From Hadesarchaea archaeon (GTDB lineage Archaea > Hadarchaeota > Hadarchaeia > Hadarchaeales > WYZ-LMO6), in NCBI GenBank assembly GCA_029259185.1, contig JAPDJF010000053.1, positions 1 to 39,172 on the forward strand: a DNA stretch of 39,172 bases, given 5' to 3'. A model generated the notes under the pieces. It was not told where the DNA came from. It was given only the letters and a program-made list of their open reading frames with translations, and ran no database searches. Positions 27,846 through 37,300 of the stretch are shown here, piece after piece (positions within the stretch are counted from its first letter, which is position 1; each line of letters begins with the position of its first letter). The position numbers and the translations under genes were made by a program.

Positions 27846-28075
27846 TTACTCCGATGGAGGACTCTTTTCTTTTTCTCCTTCTTGCTTCTTCCTAGAGAGG
27901 ATCTCCAAGTAAAGGTTCTTAAGCTCCTCCTCCTTCTTCCTCTCTTCTTCGGGGGAGGGCTTAGGTAGCTCAAGACTTTCTCCGCTCTCAGCTAACATCT
28001 GTTTGTACTTAGCTAGCTTGGCTTCCCTAGCGAGCTGTCTAGCTTTCAAAGCTTTTTGCCCGGTTTTTTTGGTCA
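27846..28075 (-). CDS. Small charged hypothetical protein
   Basis: K/E-rich helical ORF. GTG at 28075 overlaps the upstream TGA and follows GAGGTG. Start uncertain. Confidence 0.55.
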
Positions 28076-28429
28076 CTGCATTTTCACCTCCGAGGCTTCT
28101 CTCAACCAAAACTCTGCTTCTTTTCGAAGATCTCTTAGGTACTGACTAAACCCTTCGTAACTCAGGTAGTAAATTGTCTTACCGTTGATCCTTCTAGCAG
28201 CGATCATCCCGGTCTCTCGGAGTGGTTTGAGTAGGATATAAAAATGCTTTCGGTTCGCCGCCGAAAGTGGGTTGAGGTTCAATTCCCTCATGAGTTCTTC
28301 GATCCCTCGAGGGCCTTCCCTCAGCACCCTCAGCACCTTTCGCCCCTCAGGTATAAGGGATGAACTCTTGGGATGATTCCCGTATGCGAGTGTCAACAAC
28401 CTCTCGGCGCCGACATCCATCATTTTCAC
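28073..28429 (-). CDS. Winged-helix (ArsR-like) hypothetical protein
   Basis: VLRVLREGPRGIEELMREL and LKPLRETGMIAARR.GKTIYYLS wing pattern. Confidence 0.7.
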   Translation of the reverse strand: MKMMDVGAERLLTLAYGNHPKSSSLIPEGRKVLRVLREGPRGIEELMRELNLNPLSAANRKHFYILLKPLRETGMIAARRINGKTIYYLSYEGFSQYLRDLRKEAEFWLREASEVKMQ

Positions 28430-28653
28430 CTTTAGTGAGTTATTTCTCCTCTATAATAAGTAATTTTCTCATTTAAGCCTCCTTTATGAGTGATTTAATC
28501 CCCTTTCCAGAGTAATTATTCCATCACCTCTGGCTGTTCATCTTTCTCCGGATTCCCCTTCAAAAGGTAACTCGCCGATTCCATCCCCATGAAAAGAAGC
28601 ACTTCTCACGTTTTCCCATGCTTTCATTTTCGGTATGTTACTTTTCAAAAGTA

Positions 28654-29154
28654 TTAGTCTCCGAAGCCCACTATCACTCCTGTGACCTCTTTCTTAACCT
28701 CCTCCATCCGGTTCAAACATTTCCTCGCATTTCTCTCGATTTCATCCCCTTTCTCTAAGAGATCCCGAATTCTTTTTTCACACTCTGCCAGTCTCTCCAG
28801 CACCCATGGCTTATTTATCTCTTCTCGGAGGTGGCCTTTTACCTCCTCCTCGTATATCTTCTCAACTTGTGCCATCGTTTCAATTATTTCTCCCAAGTCA
28901 GAGAACTTTTCTAAAATGGATGCCAAGCTTTCCCCGAGATCGGTGAGTCTCACAAATCTTATCCTCCCTCTCTCTTCGGACTTTACAATCTTCAATTCTT
29001 CAAATTTTGAGAGGATCTTCAGAGTATGTGCAAAAGTGCTTTTTATCTCCCGAGAAATTACAGTAGGATAAGTCCCTCCAGATTTCTTTAAGACTAGGAG
29101 AGCGAGTGAAGGCTTTTCCTGCATGAAAATCGTCCAGATTCCTCCTTTCATCAT
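28654..29154 (-). CDS. Winged-helix (MarR-like) DNA-binding protein
   Basis: FMQEKP, TYPTVISREIKSTFAHTLKIL and GRIRFVRLTDLG; helical C-terminal extension. Confidence 0.8.
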   Translation of the reverse strand: MMKGGIWTIFMQEKPSLALLVLKKSGGTYPTVISREIKSTFAHTLKILSKFEELKIVKSEERGRIRFVRLTDLGESLASILEKFSDLGEIIETMAQVEKIYEEEVKGHLREEINKPWVLERLAECEKRIRDLLEKGDEIERNARKCLNRMEEVKKEVTGVIVGFGD

Positions 29155-29169
29155 TATTTATTGTATATT

Positions 29170-29217
29170 TTCAAATAAATATTTTTTTCTCCATTCAAAT
29201 AAATATTTTTTTCTCCA
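29170..29217. repeat. Perfect tandem duplication of 24 bp (TTCAAATAAATATTTTTTTCTCCA x2)
   Basis: Seen directly in the AT-rich region upstream of the winged-helix gene. Confidence 0.9.
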
Positions 29218-29319
29218 TGATTTCCCATTTTAATTTTTTATAATATATATATTCTTGTGAATAATCACTAAAAAGAATATTTCATTTTGAACACTTTGGA
29301 GAAGAGGTCTGAAGACAGT

Positions 29320-29334
29320 AAAAAAATCAAAAAA
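29320..29334 (-). terminator. Oligo-T terminator candidate of the pyr operon
   Basis: TTTTTTGATTTTTTT immediately after the pyrG stop. Confidence 0.55.
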
Positions 29335-30942
29335 TCAATGAGGGTGAACTTGTAAGGAAGCGCGGAGAAAAGCGTCGAACACCGGGGAGGGTCGGTTTGG
29401 TCTAGACTTAAACTCGGGGTGGAACTGAGTAGCAACGAAAAATGGGTGATCGGGGATCTCCAAGATCTCCATTCTCCGCCCATCGGTCGCTTTACCCGAG
29501 AATACCAGCCCTCCAGCGGTGAGCTTTTCTATGTATTCTGGATTAACTTCATATCGATGTCTGTGCCGCTCTGAGATCCGCTCCCTTCCATAAATCTCGA
29601 AAGCTTTGGTCCCCTTTTCAATTATTATCTCTGATGCTCCTAACCTCATGGAACCACCTAGGTGGGTTAAAGTTTTTTGCTCGGGTAGAAGATCGACTAC
29701 TGGAAAAGGTGTGTATGGATTTATTTCAGTACTGTTGGCTCCATCAAATCCCAAAACGTTCCTCGCGAACTCCACAACTGCTAACTGAAACCCAAAACAC
29801 AAACCCAAAAACGGAACTTTGTTCTTTCGAGCCCATTCGATCGCAATTATTTTACCCTCAGCACCTCTTGGCCCAAACCCGCCAGGTACCACTATCCCGT
29901 CACATTCCTCAAGTTCTGCTAGGGTTCTACTGGTCGACTTCTCTAACTTCTCAGCGTCTATCCACTTTACCTCCAGCTTTCCCTCATTTTTTCCTGCAGC
30001 ATGCCTGAGGGCTTCATGAATGCTTAGATACGTGTCGGTAAAGCGGATATACTTCCCGATCATTCCTATTTTCACAGGCTTATTCGCATGGTGCATACGG
30101 GCCAAAACGGTTACCCAATCTGAAAGTTCGGTATCTCGACTCCTCAACCCGAGCTTTTGAAGCACTATTGTGCTGAAGTTTTCATGCTCGAGAAGAATTG
30201 GCAACTCATAGATGTCTCCTACATCCAAAGCGTTGATGACCTCATTCTCCCAAACATTACAAAAGAGCGAGATCTTGCGTTTAACATCTTCTGTTAGTGG
30301 CTTTTCGGACCTGCATACTATTACATCTGGTGAGATTCCCAGTTCTCTAAGCTCTTTCACACTATGTTGGGTTGGTTTCGTTTTTTGCTCCCCTACTGGT
30401 CCCACTGTAGGAACTAAAGTGACATGGACAAACACAGTATTAGTCGGCCCCTCTTCCAATCTCAACTGTCGAACTGCCTCAAGAAATGGCATGCTCTCCA
30501 TATCACCCACCGTCCCACCGATTTCGATCAGACATACATCCGCACCACTCTTGAGAGCCACTTGCCTGATACGTCTCTTTATCTCGTCGACCACATGGGG
30601 GATTATCTGTACCGTACGCCCCAAGTATTCACCCTTGCGTTCCTTCGAAATGACCTCATAGTACACTTGTCCTGTAGTGATGTTGTGTTCTTTAGTGAGG
30701 TTAATGTCCAAGAACCTCTCGTAGTGTCCCATATCCAAGTCTATTTCTCCCCCATCCTCGGTCACAAAGATCTCTCCGTGCTCAAACGGATTCATCGTGC
30801 CAGCATCGATGTTGAGATAAGGGTCGATCTTTATGGCCGTGACTCTCAATCCCCTCGCTTGAAGCAGTTTTCCTAGCGAGGCCGTGGTTATCCCTTTACC
30901 TAGCCCGCTCAGGACCCCACCCGTGACTATGACGTACTTCAT
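29335..30942 (-). CDS. pyrG: CTP synthase
   Basis: [41 protein letters not shown] and QFHPEF motifs. Confidence 0.98.
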   Translation of the reverse strand: MKYVIVTGGVLSGLGKGITTASLGKLLQARGLRVTAIKIDPYLNIDAGTMNPFEHGEIFVTEDGGEIDLDMGHYERFLDINLTKEHNITTGQVYYEVISKERKGEYLGRTVQIIPHVVDEIKRRIRQVALKSGADVCLIEIGGTVGDMESMPFLEAVRQLRLEEGPTNTVFVHVTLVPTVGPVGEQKTKPTQHSVKELRELGISPDVIVCRSEKPLTEDVKRKISLFCNVWENEVINALDVGDIYELPILLEHENFSTIVLQKLGLRSRDTELSDWVTVLARMHHANKPVKIGMIGKYIRFTDTYLSIHEALRHAAGKNEGKLEVKWIDAEKLEKSTSRTLAELEECDGIVVPGGFGPRGAEGKIIAIEWARKNKVPFLGLCFGFQLAVVEFARNVLGFDGANSTEINPYTPFPVVDLLPEQKTLTHLGGSMRLGASEIIIEKGTKAFEIYGRERISERHRHRYEVNPEYIEKLTAGGLVFSGKATDGRRMEILEIPDHPFFVATQFHPEFKSRPNRPSPVFDAFLRASLQVHPH

Positions 30943-31847
30943 TTTTTCCCCTCCAAACTTCCCATTAGTATGTCTACACTTTCGAAGCCATATTCTTTTA
31001 GATACTTCGCAAGCCCTTCGGTTATTTCCGAAAAAACTTTAAGTCCTTTTATCGCCACCGCTGATCCAACCTGAACGGCTTTAGCTCCTGCAAGAAGGAA
31101 CTCTGTTGCGGTTTGCCAGTCCTTCACCCCACCACACCCTATTACAGGTATCGAGAGTTCTCTATACAGTTCATACACGCAACGGAGTGCTATTGGATGG
31201 ATAGCAGGACCGGAGAGCCCACCACAGATGCGTGAGAGTATAGGTTTACGTGAATACACATCGATTACCATGGCAGGAAGTGTGTTGATGGCTACTACGG
31301 CATCTGCACCCGCATCCTCCGCAACCAAGGAAGATCGTATCAGTTCGTCACAAAATCCCATCTTGACATGTACCGGTATTTTGAGTACTCCCCTAGTGTC
31401 CTTTACTATCCTCCGAACGAGCTTGGGATCCTTTCCTATCTCTAACCCGTGTTTTTTTACATGAGGACAAGAAAGATTCAACTCCACGGCAGCGATTCCG
31501 GCGTCTTCGGCGCTAGAGGCTATCTTCACGAATTCATCCGGGCCGTCACCGGCTATACTCACAATAACACGATTCTTCTCCTTTATCATCTGAAGATCGT
31601 TTTTCAAGAAATCCTTGTATCCCGGGTTCGCAAGTCCTACTGCATTCACCAGCCCCTCTTCTACTCCCACCACCACCGGGGTCTCGTATCCTTTTCTTCC
31701 TTTCAAGGTCAAGCTCTTCGTGACGACGGCCCCCGCGCCCTCTCTTAGTGCCTTCTCCAAGAGCGATCCGTGGCTCAAGATCCCAGAAGCTAGCATCACG
31801 GGATTGGGGAGGACGAGTTTACCCAACTTCACCGTAAGTCTTGACAT
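30939..31847 (-). CDS. pyrD: Dihydroorotate dehydrogenase 1B catalytic subunit
   Basis: [28 protein letters not shown] and GGLSGPAI motifs. Confidence 0.95.
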   Translation of the reverse strand: MSRLTVKLGKLVLPNPVMLASGILSHGSLLEKALREGAGAVVTKSLTLKGRKGYETPVVVGVEEGLVNAVGLANPGYKDFLKNDLQMIKEKNRVIVSIAGDGPDEFVKIASSAEDAGIAAVELNLSCPHVKKHGLEIGKDPKLVRRIVKDTRGVLKIPVHVKMGFCDELIRSSLVAEDAGADAVVAINTLPAMVIDVYSRKPILSRICGGLSGPAIHPIALRCVYELYRELSIPVIGCGGVKDWQTATEFLLAGAKAVQVGSAVAIKGLKVFSEITEGLAKYLKEYGFESVDILMGSLEGKK

Positions 31848-33114
31848 TCTTTCCCCCTCCTTTCGAAACTATCTCTCCATCCAAAAATACTGGTCTCCCG
31901 CGTACGATCGTGCATATCGGAGCGCCCTTAACTAGCATGCCCTCAAATGGAGTGTATTTGGCCTTGCTTTCGAACTCCTCTGGGTTTATTCGATGGTCTC
32001 GACGAAGATCCACCACCGTAAAGTTCCCCCAGTTTCCTTCCCTTATTTCGCCAACACGTGGTATGCGGAGGATCTTCGATGGAGCAACGGAGCATAGCCT
32101 AACGATGTCACCCAACCTCAATTTCTTTTTATTCACAAGCGTTAGGAGGAGGGGGAGTGTGGTCTCTAAACCCGGAAACCCCCCACTGGCCGTTTCCATA
32201 TCCTGTTTTTCTTCGATAAGATGGGGCGCATGGTCAGAGGTGACGGCATCTATTCTCCCGTTTCTCAAACCTCGCAGGAGGACTTCTCGATCTTCATCTC
32301 CCCTCAAGGGTGGATATACCTTTGCCACCGCACCCTTCTTCAGGAGATCTTTTACAGTAAGCAGTAAATAGTGAGGGCATGTGTCCGTCGAGAGATCAAC
32401 CCTCCCCCTAAGAGATTTTTTTTTCGTCCAGAACTCCGATAGTCCCAAAGAGGAGGAGAGATGGGTGATGTGAAGTCTGGAATGATGCTTTGAAGCAACT
32501 TCAACAATGTGTCCTATGGCTGAAGCTTCCGCTTCAGGAGGTCTTTCATGTCCTTTGGATCCGAAAAACTCGGGATTTTCTGCGTGAACCACCACGGGCA
32601 TATCCTTCCGAGATGCAAACCGAAGTACCCCATCCACCATCTCCCTTTTCTCAGTATAGAATTCTTCCACCATGTAAATCTTAAAGCCAACACACAACAT
32701 CGGTACAGTTTCCGTTAGATCTTTCATTTTTTCTGGTGTCCCATAGTAGAATCCGTAGTCCACCACAGCTCTCCTCCTAGCCAAAGCGTCTCTCCTCCTT
32801 AGGAGTGAGGGACTGTTCAGTCTTGGTTTCGTGTTGGGCATATCTAAGACCACCGCAAAACCCCCACGCGCTGCTGCTCTCGTTCCTGTAAGAATGCTTT
32901 CCTCACGTGCAAGAGTGAAGTCCCTCAGGTGGACGTGCATGTCGATGAGTCCTGGAAGCACCACAACACCAGCTTTCCTGAAATCTAGGAATGAATCCAC
33001 CTTTCGCCGAAGGTTCTTTTCTATCCGAACTATTCTTCCATTTACCACCGAAACGAAACCCTCTGAAATCCCTCCTGGCATGAACATCTTCCCACCCACC
33101 ACAAGATCCGACAA
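31819..33114 (-). CDS. pyrC: Dihydroorotase
   Basis: DMHVHLR, DMPNT, HAE, TCPHYL and SDHAPH motifs. Confidence 0.94.
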   Translation of the reverse strand: MSDLVVGGKMFMPGGISEGFVSVVNGRIVRIEKNLRRKVDSFLDFRKAGVVVLPGLIDMHVHLRDFTLAREESILTGTRAAARGGFAVVLDMPNTKPRLNSPSLLRRRDALARRRAVVDYGFYYGTPEKMKDLTETVPMLCVGFKIYMVEEFYTEKREMVDGVLRFASRKDMPVVVHAENPEFFGSKGHERPPEAEASAIGHIVEVASKHHSRLHITHLSSSLGLSEFWTKKKSLRGRVDLSTDTCPHYLLLTVKDLLKKGAVAKVYPPLRGDEDREVLLRGLRNGRIDAVTSDHAPHLIEEKQDMETASGGFPGLETTLPLLLTLVNKKKLRLGDIVRLCSVAPSKILRIPRVGEIREGNWGNFTVVDLRRDHRINPEEFESKAKYTPFEGMLVKGAPICTIVRGRPVFLDGEIVSKGGGKNVKTYGEVG

Positions 33115-33128
33115 AGATTCACCGTCCT

Positions 33129-33171
33129 AAAATCCCGTATCAAACTGTACATCAGTCTGACACGGGATTTT
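33129..33171 (-). other. 19-bp stem hairpin upstream of pyrC
   Basis: AAAATCCCGTGTCAGACTG-ATGTA-CAGTTTGATACGGGATTTT; fully paired on the minus strand with two G-U pairs. Confidence 0.7.
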
Positions 33172-33188
33172 TTGCGTCTCGGTCCCCT

Positions 33189-33345
33189 CCTCGCATAGAT
33201 TATCGCCTGATTTTTCGGCGCCGGCTGGCCGAGCAAACGCTTGATCTCGCTTTCGGGGATGCGGTATTGTCCTCCGAGTGTTTTTATCGCATCGACCTCG
33301 CCAGCGCAAATGTATTGTTTTAGGTAGCAGCTACATCACCCCTAG
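33189..33345 (-). pseudogene. IS607-family transposase (TnpA serine recombinase) N-terminal relic
   Basis: Translation LGV..LKQYICAGEVDAIKTLGGQYRIPESEIKRLLG..KNQAIIYAR, truncated before the catalytic Ser. Confidence 0.8.
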
Positions 33346-33356
33346 AGAACTTCACC

Positions 33357-34181
33357 TCAAATCGGTCTCCTTCTTCCTGCGGCATCACGCTTGAACTTTC
33401 CAAAATCAGTTTGGAGAAGGATTCTCCCATCGAACACCGGCCCGTCAGTACATACACGCAGGCCAACCGGGTCCAGCACGCATGAGCCACACACACCGAA
33501 GCCACATTTCATGTATCTTTCAAGTGAGGCCTGAACCCTCACCCCGTGCTTTAAAGCGAGTTCCACGGTCTTCACCATCATTTTCTCGGGTCCACATGTC
33601 ATCACGGAGTCAAAGTCCTTTTTTATCAAAATCGGCTCAACAAGATCCGTGACCACCCCTTTGTACCCGGCGGAACCATCTTCTGTGGCCATCAGTAGCT
33701 TTTGGTTTAATCGCTTCACCTCCCTCAAGAACGGGAGCTCAGATGAAGTTTTAGCACCGATGAGAAAAACACACTCTTTTTTTTGATCTGAGATGGTCTT
33801 ACTCGCGTAAATGAGTGCAGCTACTCCGGAACCACCACCCACCAACAAATGAGATTTTCCTTTTAGGGAAAACCCTCTACCAAAGGGCCCTCTCACACCG
33901 ACCAAATCCCCTCTCCTCAGTTTCTGGATCTTGGATGTGGTTTTCCCTCTCCCAAGAACTGAAATTCTGACCCATCTCCTACCCGCCCCGGAAACACTCA
34001 TGGGTACTTCTTCCGCATCCGGGACCCAGATCATTAAGAACTGTCCAGGTCGAGGAAGGTTGGGCAAATGGAGCTTGATGTAAACGGAGACCATCTTCGA
34101 GGTCTCCCGAACCACTCGCTCAACCTTCCCCGGTCGGAATCCAAACTCCTCGAACGCTAGCACAGATTTACCGTAGGACAA
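33357..34181 (-). CDS. pyrK: Dihydroorotate dehydrogenase electron transfer subunit
   Basis: PGQFLM, RGPFG, GGGSG, CGPE, MKCGFGVCGSC and CTDGPVF motifs. Confidence 0.94.
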   Translation of the reverse strand: MSYGKSVLAFEEFGFRPGKVERVVRETSKMVSVYIKLHLPNLPRPGQFLMIWVPDAEEVPMSVSGAGRRWVRISVLGRGKTTSKIQKLRRGDLVGVRGPFGRGFSLKGKSHLLVGGGSGVAALIYASKTISDQKKECVFLIGAKTSSELPFLREVKRLNQKLLMATEDGSAGYKGVVTDLVEPILIKKDFDSVMTCGPEKMMVKTVELALKHGVRVQASLERYMKCGFGVCGSCVLDPVGLRVCTDGPVFDGRILLQTDFGKFKRDAAGRRRPI

Positions 34182-34194
34182 CAGGTCACCTCTT

Positions 34195-34674
34195 CTATCC
34201 TGCGTATTGTTTGATTATCTCCTCTTGGGACACCCTACTCCCACAGTACTCACACACGAGCAGGAGAGGTGACCTCAAGAGAACCTTGAACGTAGGGACT
34301 ACGGGTTCGCGGGGTTTGTTCGTTATACAATTAGGATTTATACACTTGACTATCCCTTGAAGGAGGTCGGGGAGCCTTACCTTAACCTTCCTGATGATAT
34401 GGTAGTTCTCAATCACGTTTATCGTCGCTTCCGGAGCTATGAGGGCTATCTTGTTGACCTCTGCAGGTGAGAGTTCTTTCCCCTCCACTTTCACTATGTC
34501 TTTTCTCCCATGTTTCTTGCTGTCAACGTTCATAACCAACGCTATCCGATACCCTTCTTCCCCTCTGATTCCCAAGATTTTCAGTACGTTCAGAGCTTGT
34601 CCTACCGGAATGTGATCAATTACCGTACCCCTTCGTATCTTCGTGACTACTAGCTCCTCGGGTTTAGCAGACAT
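34195..34674 (-). CDS. pyrI: Aspartate carbamoyltransferase regulatory chain
   Basis: [20 protein letters not shown] and CEYC motifs. Confidence 0.97.
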   Translation of the reverse strand: MSAKPEELVVTKIRRGTVIDHIPVGQALNVLKILGIRGEEGYRIALVMNVDSKKHGRKDIVKVEGKELSPAEVNKIALIAPEATINVIENYHIIRKVKVRLPDLLQGIVKCINPNCITNKPREPVVPTFKVLLRSPLLLVCEYCGSRVSQEEIIKQYAG

Positions 34675-35592
34675 TTACCTCACCACACCTAGCAACAAAG
34701 AAAGGAGTGCCATCCTCACGGGAACTCCATAAGCGGCCTGTTTGAAGTATCGTGCATGTTTCATGTTGTCAACCATCATATCTATCTCGTCAACCTTAGG
34801 TAACGGGTGCATTATTATCATGTCCTCTTTAGCCCTTTCCAGCGACTTTGCTGATAGCTTATAGCTCCCTTTGACTTTTTCGAATTCAGCCATGTCTGGA
34901 AATCTTTCTTTCTGAATCCTTGTGACATAAAGAACATCGGCATCTGCGAGCACGTTGTCTAAGTTCTCTCCCTCCGTATAGTCAACCCCGACCTCCTTGA
35001 GGAAATTTATTACTTCTTCCCTCGGTCTCAGGAGGGGCGGTGAGATCAGCGAGATCTTCCGGATGCTGAACCTAGTTAACCCATAGATGAAAGAAGTTGC
35101 AGCACGACCGTATCTCAGATCACCCACTAACGCTACGTGTAACCCATCTATCTTTCCTAGCTCTTTCTTAATAGTGTATAGATCCACCATGGCCTGGGTC
35201 GGATGATGTTGTCTTCCGTCCCCCCCATTTATCACCGGAGCATCCACCACTTCCGCTGCGAGTTTTGCCGCACCCTCGAGGGGATGCCTGAGCACTATCA
35301 CGTCAGCATATGCATCAAGCATCCTCATCGTATCCGCCAAGTTCTCTCCTTTAGCGAGAGACGTAGCCCCCTCACCGGAAAAACCTATTACCGATCCCCC
35401 AAGCCTGTGCATCGCCGTCTCAAAACTCAACCTCGTGCGCGTGCTCGGTTCAAAGAACGCTGTGGCGAGGATTCTACCTTCAAGCGTGTTCCGTTTCAGA
35501 TGTTTCTCCATCCTCGCCGCCACCCTGAACACATGCTCTAACTCGCTCCTCGAGAAATCCAAGATGGACAGCACGTCTCTTCCCCTAAACAT
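34675..35592 (-). CDS. pyrB: Aspartate carbamoyltransferase catalytic chain
   Basis: [25 protein letters not shown] and MHPLP motifs. Confidence 0.98.
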   Translation of the reverse strand: MFRGRDVLSILDFSRSELEHVFRVAARMEKHLKRNTLEGRILATAFFEPSTRTRLSFETAMHRLGGSVIGFSGEGATSLAKGENLADTMRMLDAYADVIVLRHPLEGAAKLAAEVVDAPVINGGDGRQHHPTQAMVDLYTIKKELGKIDGLHVALVGDLRYGRAATSFIYGLTRFSIRKISLISPPLLRPREEVINFLKEVGVDYTEGENLDNVLADADVLYVTRIQKERFPDMAEFEKVKGSYKLSAKSLERAKEDMIIMHPLPKVDEIDMMVDNMKHARYFKQAAYGVPVRMALLSLLLGVVR

Positions 35593-36199
35593 CTCTTCCC
35601 TCCTCGATGTAGTCCATCACCTTCCGGTACTCCTCATTTGAAATATTGCCCCTGAGATAAAGCTCTTTTATGAGCTCCTTAGCGGTCGTGACTGCGATCA
35701 GTTCTACACCCTCGTTTCGAAGATTCTTCCTCGCCCCTTGTTCTCGATCCACTAGAACCACAGCGTGGGCAACTTCCGCCCCATGCCCACGTAGAACCTC
35801 TACAGCCCACTTCAGGCTTCTTCCCGTGGTAGCCACATCGTCCACCACCAGTACCACATCTCCGGGATTCAGCTCCCCCTCCACTGAACTCCTTGTTCCG
35901 TGAAGTCTCTCTCCCTTCCGGAGGTAAAGGAAGGGTTTTTTGGTTTTGTACGCTAAGAGCGTAGCTAAGGGAATGCTAGCCGTTGGGATTCCTGCTATCC
36001 TATCAAATCCCACCCCATGTTCGTTGAGGGTATGGATATACTGGTCACAAACCCTTTCGAACAGTTCGGGGTGGGAGGGAATAGTCCTTAGGTCTATGTA
36101 GTATGGACTGGACTGGCTGGAGGTAAGCTTGTATTTCCCTATTCTGATGCACCCCCGCTCAGCCAGCTCCCCCATTAGATCTCTCAAGCGCTCTTTCAC
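35585..36199 (-). CDS. pyrE: Orotate phosphoribosyltransferase
   Basis: [17 protein letters not shown] and VDREQG motifs. Confidence 0.95.
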   Translation of the reverse strand: MKERLRDLMGELAERGCIRIGKYKLTSSQSSPYYIDLRTIPSHPELFERVCDQYIHTLNEHGVGFDRIAGIPTASIPLATLLAYKTKKPFLYLRKGERLHGTRSSVEGELNPGDVVLVVDDVATTGRSLKWAVEVLRGHGAEVAHAVVLVDREQGARKNLRNEGVELIAVTTAKELIKELYLRGNISNEEYRKVMDYIEEGRDV

Positions 36200-36921
36200 C
36201 TCACCACCTTTTTTATTTCTTGGGCTTTTCGGAAGGGATCGGGAGAGGATGAGATGGCTCTTCCTATTATCTCAAAATCAGCCCCGACCTTTAAAGCTGA
36301 ACCAAACGGTGCACCTTGAGCACCGACACCTGGAGAGAAGATGAGTAAATCTGGATATTTCTTCCGCGCGGAAGATATAAAATGGGGGAATGTGCCGGGA
36401 AGGATGAATCCATCCACTCCTGCTGAGTAAGATGAGTCCATAAGTGCCTCGAAGTTTTTGTTTAGATGTTCTTCGGCACCGGCGTGAGACATTGCACAGA
36501 CCGCTAACACCCCCTTATCCTCTTTCTCGGCCAACTTCACCACCCCTTCCAACCCCTCCCGGATTCCAACGAATGCGTGAACGATTAATGCATCGAATCC
36601 TATCTCAAAAACCCTTTCAGCCACGAGTCTGTTGATGTATCCTATATCTGCCAGCTTCAAGTCGCAGACGAAGAAGTATTCATCCTTGAGTGGATCTATG
36701 AGCTTTTTTAACCCCTCCGATCCATGGAGTAGAAATGCTGGAAGGCCGAACTTGACCCCAACCACTACACTTTTGAGCTTCAGGAGTATTCCCCTTACAT
36801 CCTCCAAATCCCCCCGATCGGAAGGATCAAAAGCAAAGACTATCCTGGACCCCACACGCTCCGCTCTCTTCAGTACTCCCTCGCTGAAGTTCCTGCTCAA
36901 AGCCCTTATCCGTTTGTCCAT
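36196..36921 (-). CDS. pyrF: Orotidine-5'-phosphate decarboxylase
   Basis: DLKLADI, MSH, PGVGAQG and IGRAI motifs. Confidence 0.94.
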   Translation of the reverse strand: MDKRIRALSRNFSEGVLKRAERVGSRIVFAFDPSDRGDLEDVRGILLKLKSVVVGVKFGLPAFLLHGSEGLKKLIDPLKDEYFFVCDLKLADIGYINRLVAERVFEIGFDALIVHAFVGIREGLEGVVKLAEKEDKGVLAVCAMSHAGAEEHLNKNFEALMDSSYSAGVDGFILPGTFPHFISSARKKYPDLLIFSPGVGAQGAPFGSALKVGADFEIIGRAISSSPDPFRKAQEIKKVVR

Positions 36922-36947
36922 GTGGGAAAAAAACTTTTCGAACCTTT

Positions 36948-37257
36948 ACGCTTTGCACAAAAATACCGCAAAAGCAAATGGATCCAAAAGATCGTGGTTG
37001 AGGTTGGCCTCCAAGCGATAAGGGCTGAACCCTACGGCCTCCGATCCAAGTCGTGTCGACGAGCTTGAAGGAAACCCCCGCCCATCGCCAGCCTTCCAAG
37101 CCAAGCACGGCAGTAGTAAGAAGGCAGCCTCGTTTGCTCTTTCAGAGTCCGGTAATCCCTCTCAAGGGCCTGGGCCGTGGGGCTTTCGGCCCTTGAGGGG
37201 ATCCCGAGCCCCCAAGCACGGAAATTGGCCTCAGAGGCTAATTTTTGTGCAAAGCCC
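36948..37257 (-). mobile_element. MITE-like element, long copy (310 bp)
   Basis: Perfect 15-bp terminal inverted repeats GCTTTGCACAAAAAT (36950-36964 / 37241-37255). Ends homologous to 10463-10615. Internal GC-rich hairpins. No TSD visible. Confidence 0.8.
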
Positions 37258-37300
37258 GAGTCCACTTCAGCTATTTTTGACATGCCTCCTAACCCTATCG

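Noticed and set aside
29170-29217. 24-bp repeat as a CRISPR array
   Set aside because: Two abutting units with no spacer, and no cas genes.
34670-34680. pyrB and pyrI in frame across a single TAA (PyrBI fusion?)
   Set aside because: Ordinary TAA-ATG abutment with its own SD-like sequence; both proteins are full length.
29335-36921. pyr operon lacking carAB
   Set aside because: Carbamoyl-phosphate synthesis genes are commonly located elsewhere; this cannot be judged from one window.
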